From NCBI GenBank assembly GCA_008632985.1, contig QPGO01000162.1, forward strand, positions 62,001 through 126,000: a stretch of DNA of 64,000 nt, read 5' to 3'. This DNA comes from Psammoneis japonica. Its lineage: Eukaryota. The first letter of the stretch is position 1; each line of letters begins with the position of its first letter. The position numbers and the translations under genes are program-made. The notes beneath the pieces were generated by a model that saw only the letters and a program-made list of their open reading frames with translations, was not told the DNA's origin and ran no database searches. Of the stretch, positions 62,001 through 64,000 are shown piece by piece.

Positions 62001-62012
62001 TAGAGTGCGTTT

Positions 62013-62540
62013 TCAGGCAATGGAAGTGCCAGGAGATCCATGACACAAAGACACAAGAAGATGCATTCTGTGCCAAGCACATGGCACAAGAACCATGTCG
62101 GGCAGCTCAAACAAATCATGCAACACTTGCAGCTCCTCCACATTGAATCGAGTCGTCCATTCGGCACAGTTGTCAGAGTGATCATTGATTTGTCGGTGAT
62201 GTGTGGGAGAAAAGTCAATGAGACGATGCTCCTCCTCATGTGTCATGTCACCAACAGATGAATTTGCATCTGCCCAAATCTGAGCCACATTGTGACATGC
62301 AAAAATGCCACCCAATGCATGCGCAAGAGCAACGCCAAAGGGGTCGTCCGCATTGCTGACTTGCTCTGGATCCAACAAACACCCATTTTCCTGATTGCCA
62401 ACATCATTTGACAATCGACAGATGAACTGCAACATAACTGATGATAAATGGTCCAGAATTCTTTCCTCAGTGCAGATGCTCCTCGTGCCCAATGGCGCCA
62501 GACAGTTGCACAACAGTGTTGTTAATTTGACTGTTGCCAA
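62013..62540 (-). mobile_element. N-terminal fragment of a Harbinger/DDE_Tnp_4-like transposase
   Basis: TRFNVEELQVLHDLFELPD resembles the RF..L..L...L.LP motif. The catalytic region is absent. Confidence 0.45.
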
Positions 62541-62609
62541 TGTTGTGAGAAGAACTGGACAAGAATTGGCTGTTCTGAAAGCTCACAGAAAAGATGCTGA
62601 GAAACCATG

Positions 62610-64000
62610 TAGAAATTGACAGAAAGTGGAATTCGGAAGTCGTCTAGAAGACTCTGGAGATGCAGAGATCTTTCCAGAAAGTGTCATCTTTGACACACTT
62701 GACATCTCGTTGACACTCCTTGACATCCACGAATGAACACACAAATGAAGCATGGATGACCGTGACACTCGGCGCTCGCTTCCCCAATTGAGGCGTTGGA
62801 AAACAGGGTGAAGACGATGGACATTAATCCGCTCAGTGACACCGGGTGAGTGCTGGATGGCAACGGTTCCATTGGCATGAACATGGACAATGCGGAAGGG
62901 ACCATCTTTGGTGTTGAGTTTGCATTGGATGTCTTTGGTCATGGCAAAGACTTGATCGCTGATGTTGCAGTCACAAGTGAGACGTTTTGCATTCTCACGG
63001 AGATTGTTGCGCAAGACAATTCACTTGCAACAGGCATCAATCATTTTCCAACCAGCGAGACAAGCAGCAGAAATGACCATGTCTTGACCAAAAACGACTT
63101 GTCTGGGAGATGACATGAGGGCAGTGTGACAAGCACTGCGCAAGGCCCACACAGCAGATTGCAAAACGTTGTGGATCATGTCCTTGCCACAATCACGTGA
63201 CGGGAGATCCATTGCACGGAGAGAACTGGCAACAACTTGATGGATGCGCTCAACAAAAGCGCTGGCTTGAGGATTCTTGATCGTGGCAGGCTTCAGCTTG
63301 ACTCCACAACTGCAGAGAAGATCTGCAAACTCGGAAGTAAATTCTGGACCATTGTTGTGAACGACAAATTCTGGTCGCAGATGGCGACAGAACCATTCAC
63401 GATCGACAATGAATGAAATGTCGTCGGACGTTTTGGATGCATGAGATGCTCGACACGTTCCAGCCCTGGCCAGGTGGGACTCCGTGTGACATTGGGCCTG
63501 CAGAATTCCACGTGCGAGCTCCACAGTGCAAGAATTTAATTGATGTGTGTGTTTGTCTTAAACATCAAATAAACGGCCAAGTTTGTGGTGCAATTGTGCC
63601 TCTTGCCACTCGACGTTTTTGCAAAAGCACCTGCCCTGCGCAATTCTTAAGACATTGTAGAATCGCGCTGTGACAAAAAATGTCAAAAGTTGTTGGACGG
63701 ATCGCTCAATGAGTGCACCGTAAAATGACACAAAACTTCGCAAAAATCACGTGGAAATCTGTGTGCGCGAACATGCAACGCGATTCAAAAAACCATCGAT
63801 GTCACAGTTCAGCAGCACGAGGTCCCACCTGGACCTGGAACACGTCGCGAGTTCGATCCAGCGGGTGGCAATGTCAATCACAGAAACGGCCTTGATTTTG
63901 CAATCTACGCCATTTTTGTTGGTGCGCGTCCACGGACCGGAAAGATTGACTTGCACTGCTTGCCAAGGTTGGCAAATGGTGTCAGGAAGAGGCAACTTGC
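62610..64000 (-). mobile_element. Ty3/Gypsy retrotransposon relic: integrase, polypurine tract and start of the 3' LTR (TG at 62767); runs off the window end
   Basis: PWQAVQVNLSGPW, IDIATRWIEL, HNNGPEFTSEF, KNPQASAFVERIHQVV and GPFRIVHVHANGTV...ERINVHRLHP, followed by GGGGAAGCGAG and TGTCACGG. Confidence 0.88.
63451..63847. mobile_element. MITE copy C, inserted in the Gypsy integrase
   Basis: Ends CGACACGTTCCAG ... CTGGAACACGTCG. Removing it plus 2 bp restores WIELASHASKTSDD. Confidence 0.88.

Overview
Eukaryotic nuclear DNA, most likely from a diatom: short GT-AG introns, bipartite 'AF' plastid leaders, nuclear chlD and CoDi-like Copia relics. Compact gene islands carry chlD, RAD17, SBDS, a tandem-KIX protein, an SNF2/Brahma ATPase, BolA, MPDU1, a BTB protein, a ribokinase-ITPase fusion, selenoprotein U with a SECIS, and an SLC4 bicarbonate transporter. 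They alternate with four blocks of decayed transposable elements (~8.95-14.2, 19.7-22.6, 33.2-44.1, 51.5-64 kb). The main observation is a repeat-restricted hypermutation that converts TpA to TpG or CpA (A:T to G:C). It is visible directly in a tandem duplication where one copy keeps TA and the other does not. It acts independently on each repeat copy, is partly decoupled from CpG decay, fades over a few hundred bp next to genes, and removes Tyr and TAA/TAG codons from TE ORFs. It resembles a RIP-like genome-defence process with a different chemistry from fungal RIP; the responsible enzyme is not identifiable in this window. All counts are by hand and need computational confirmation.
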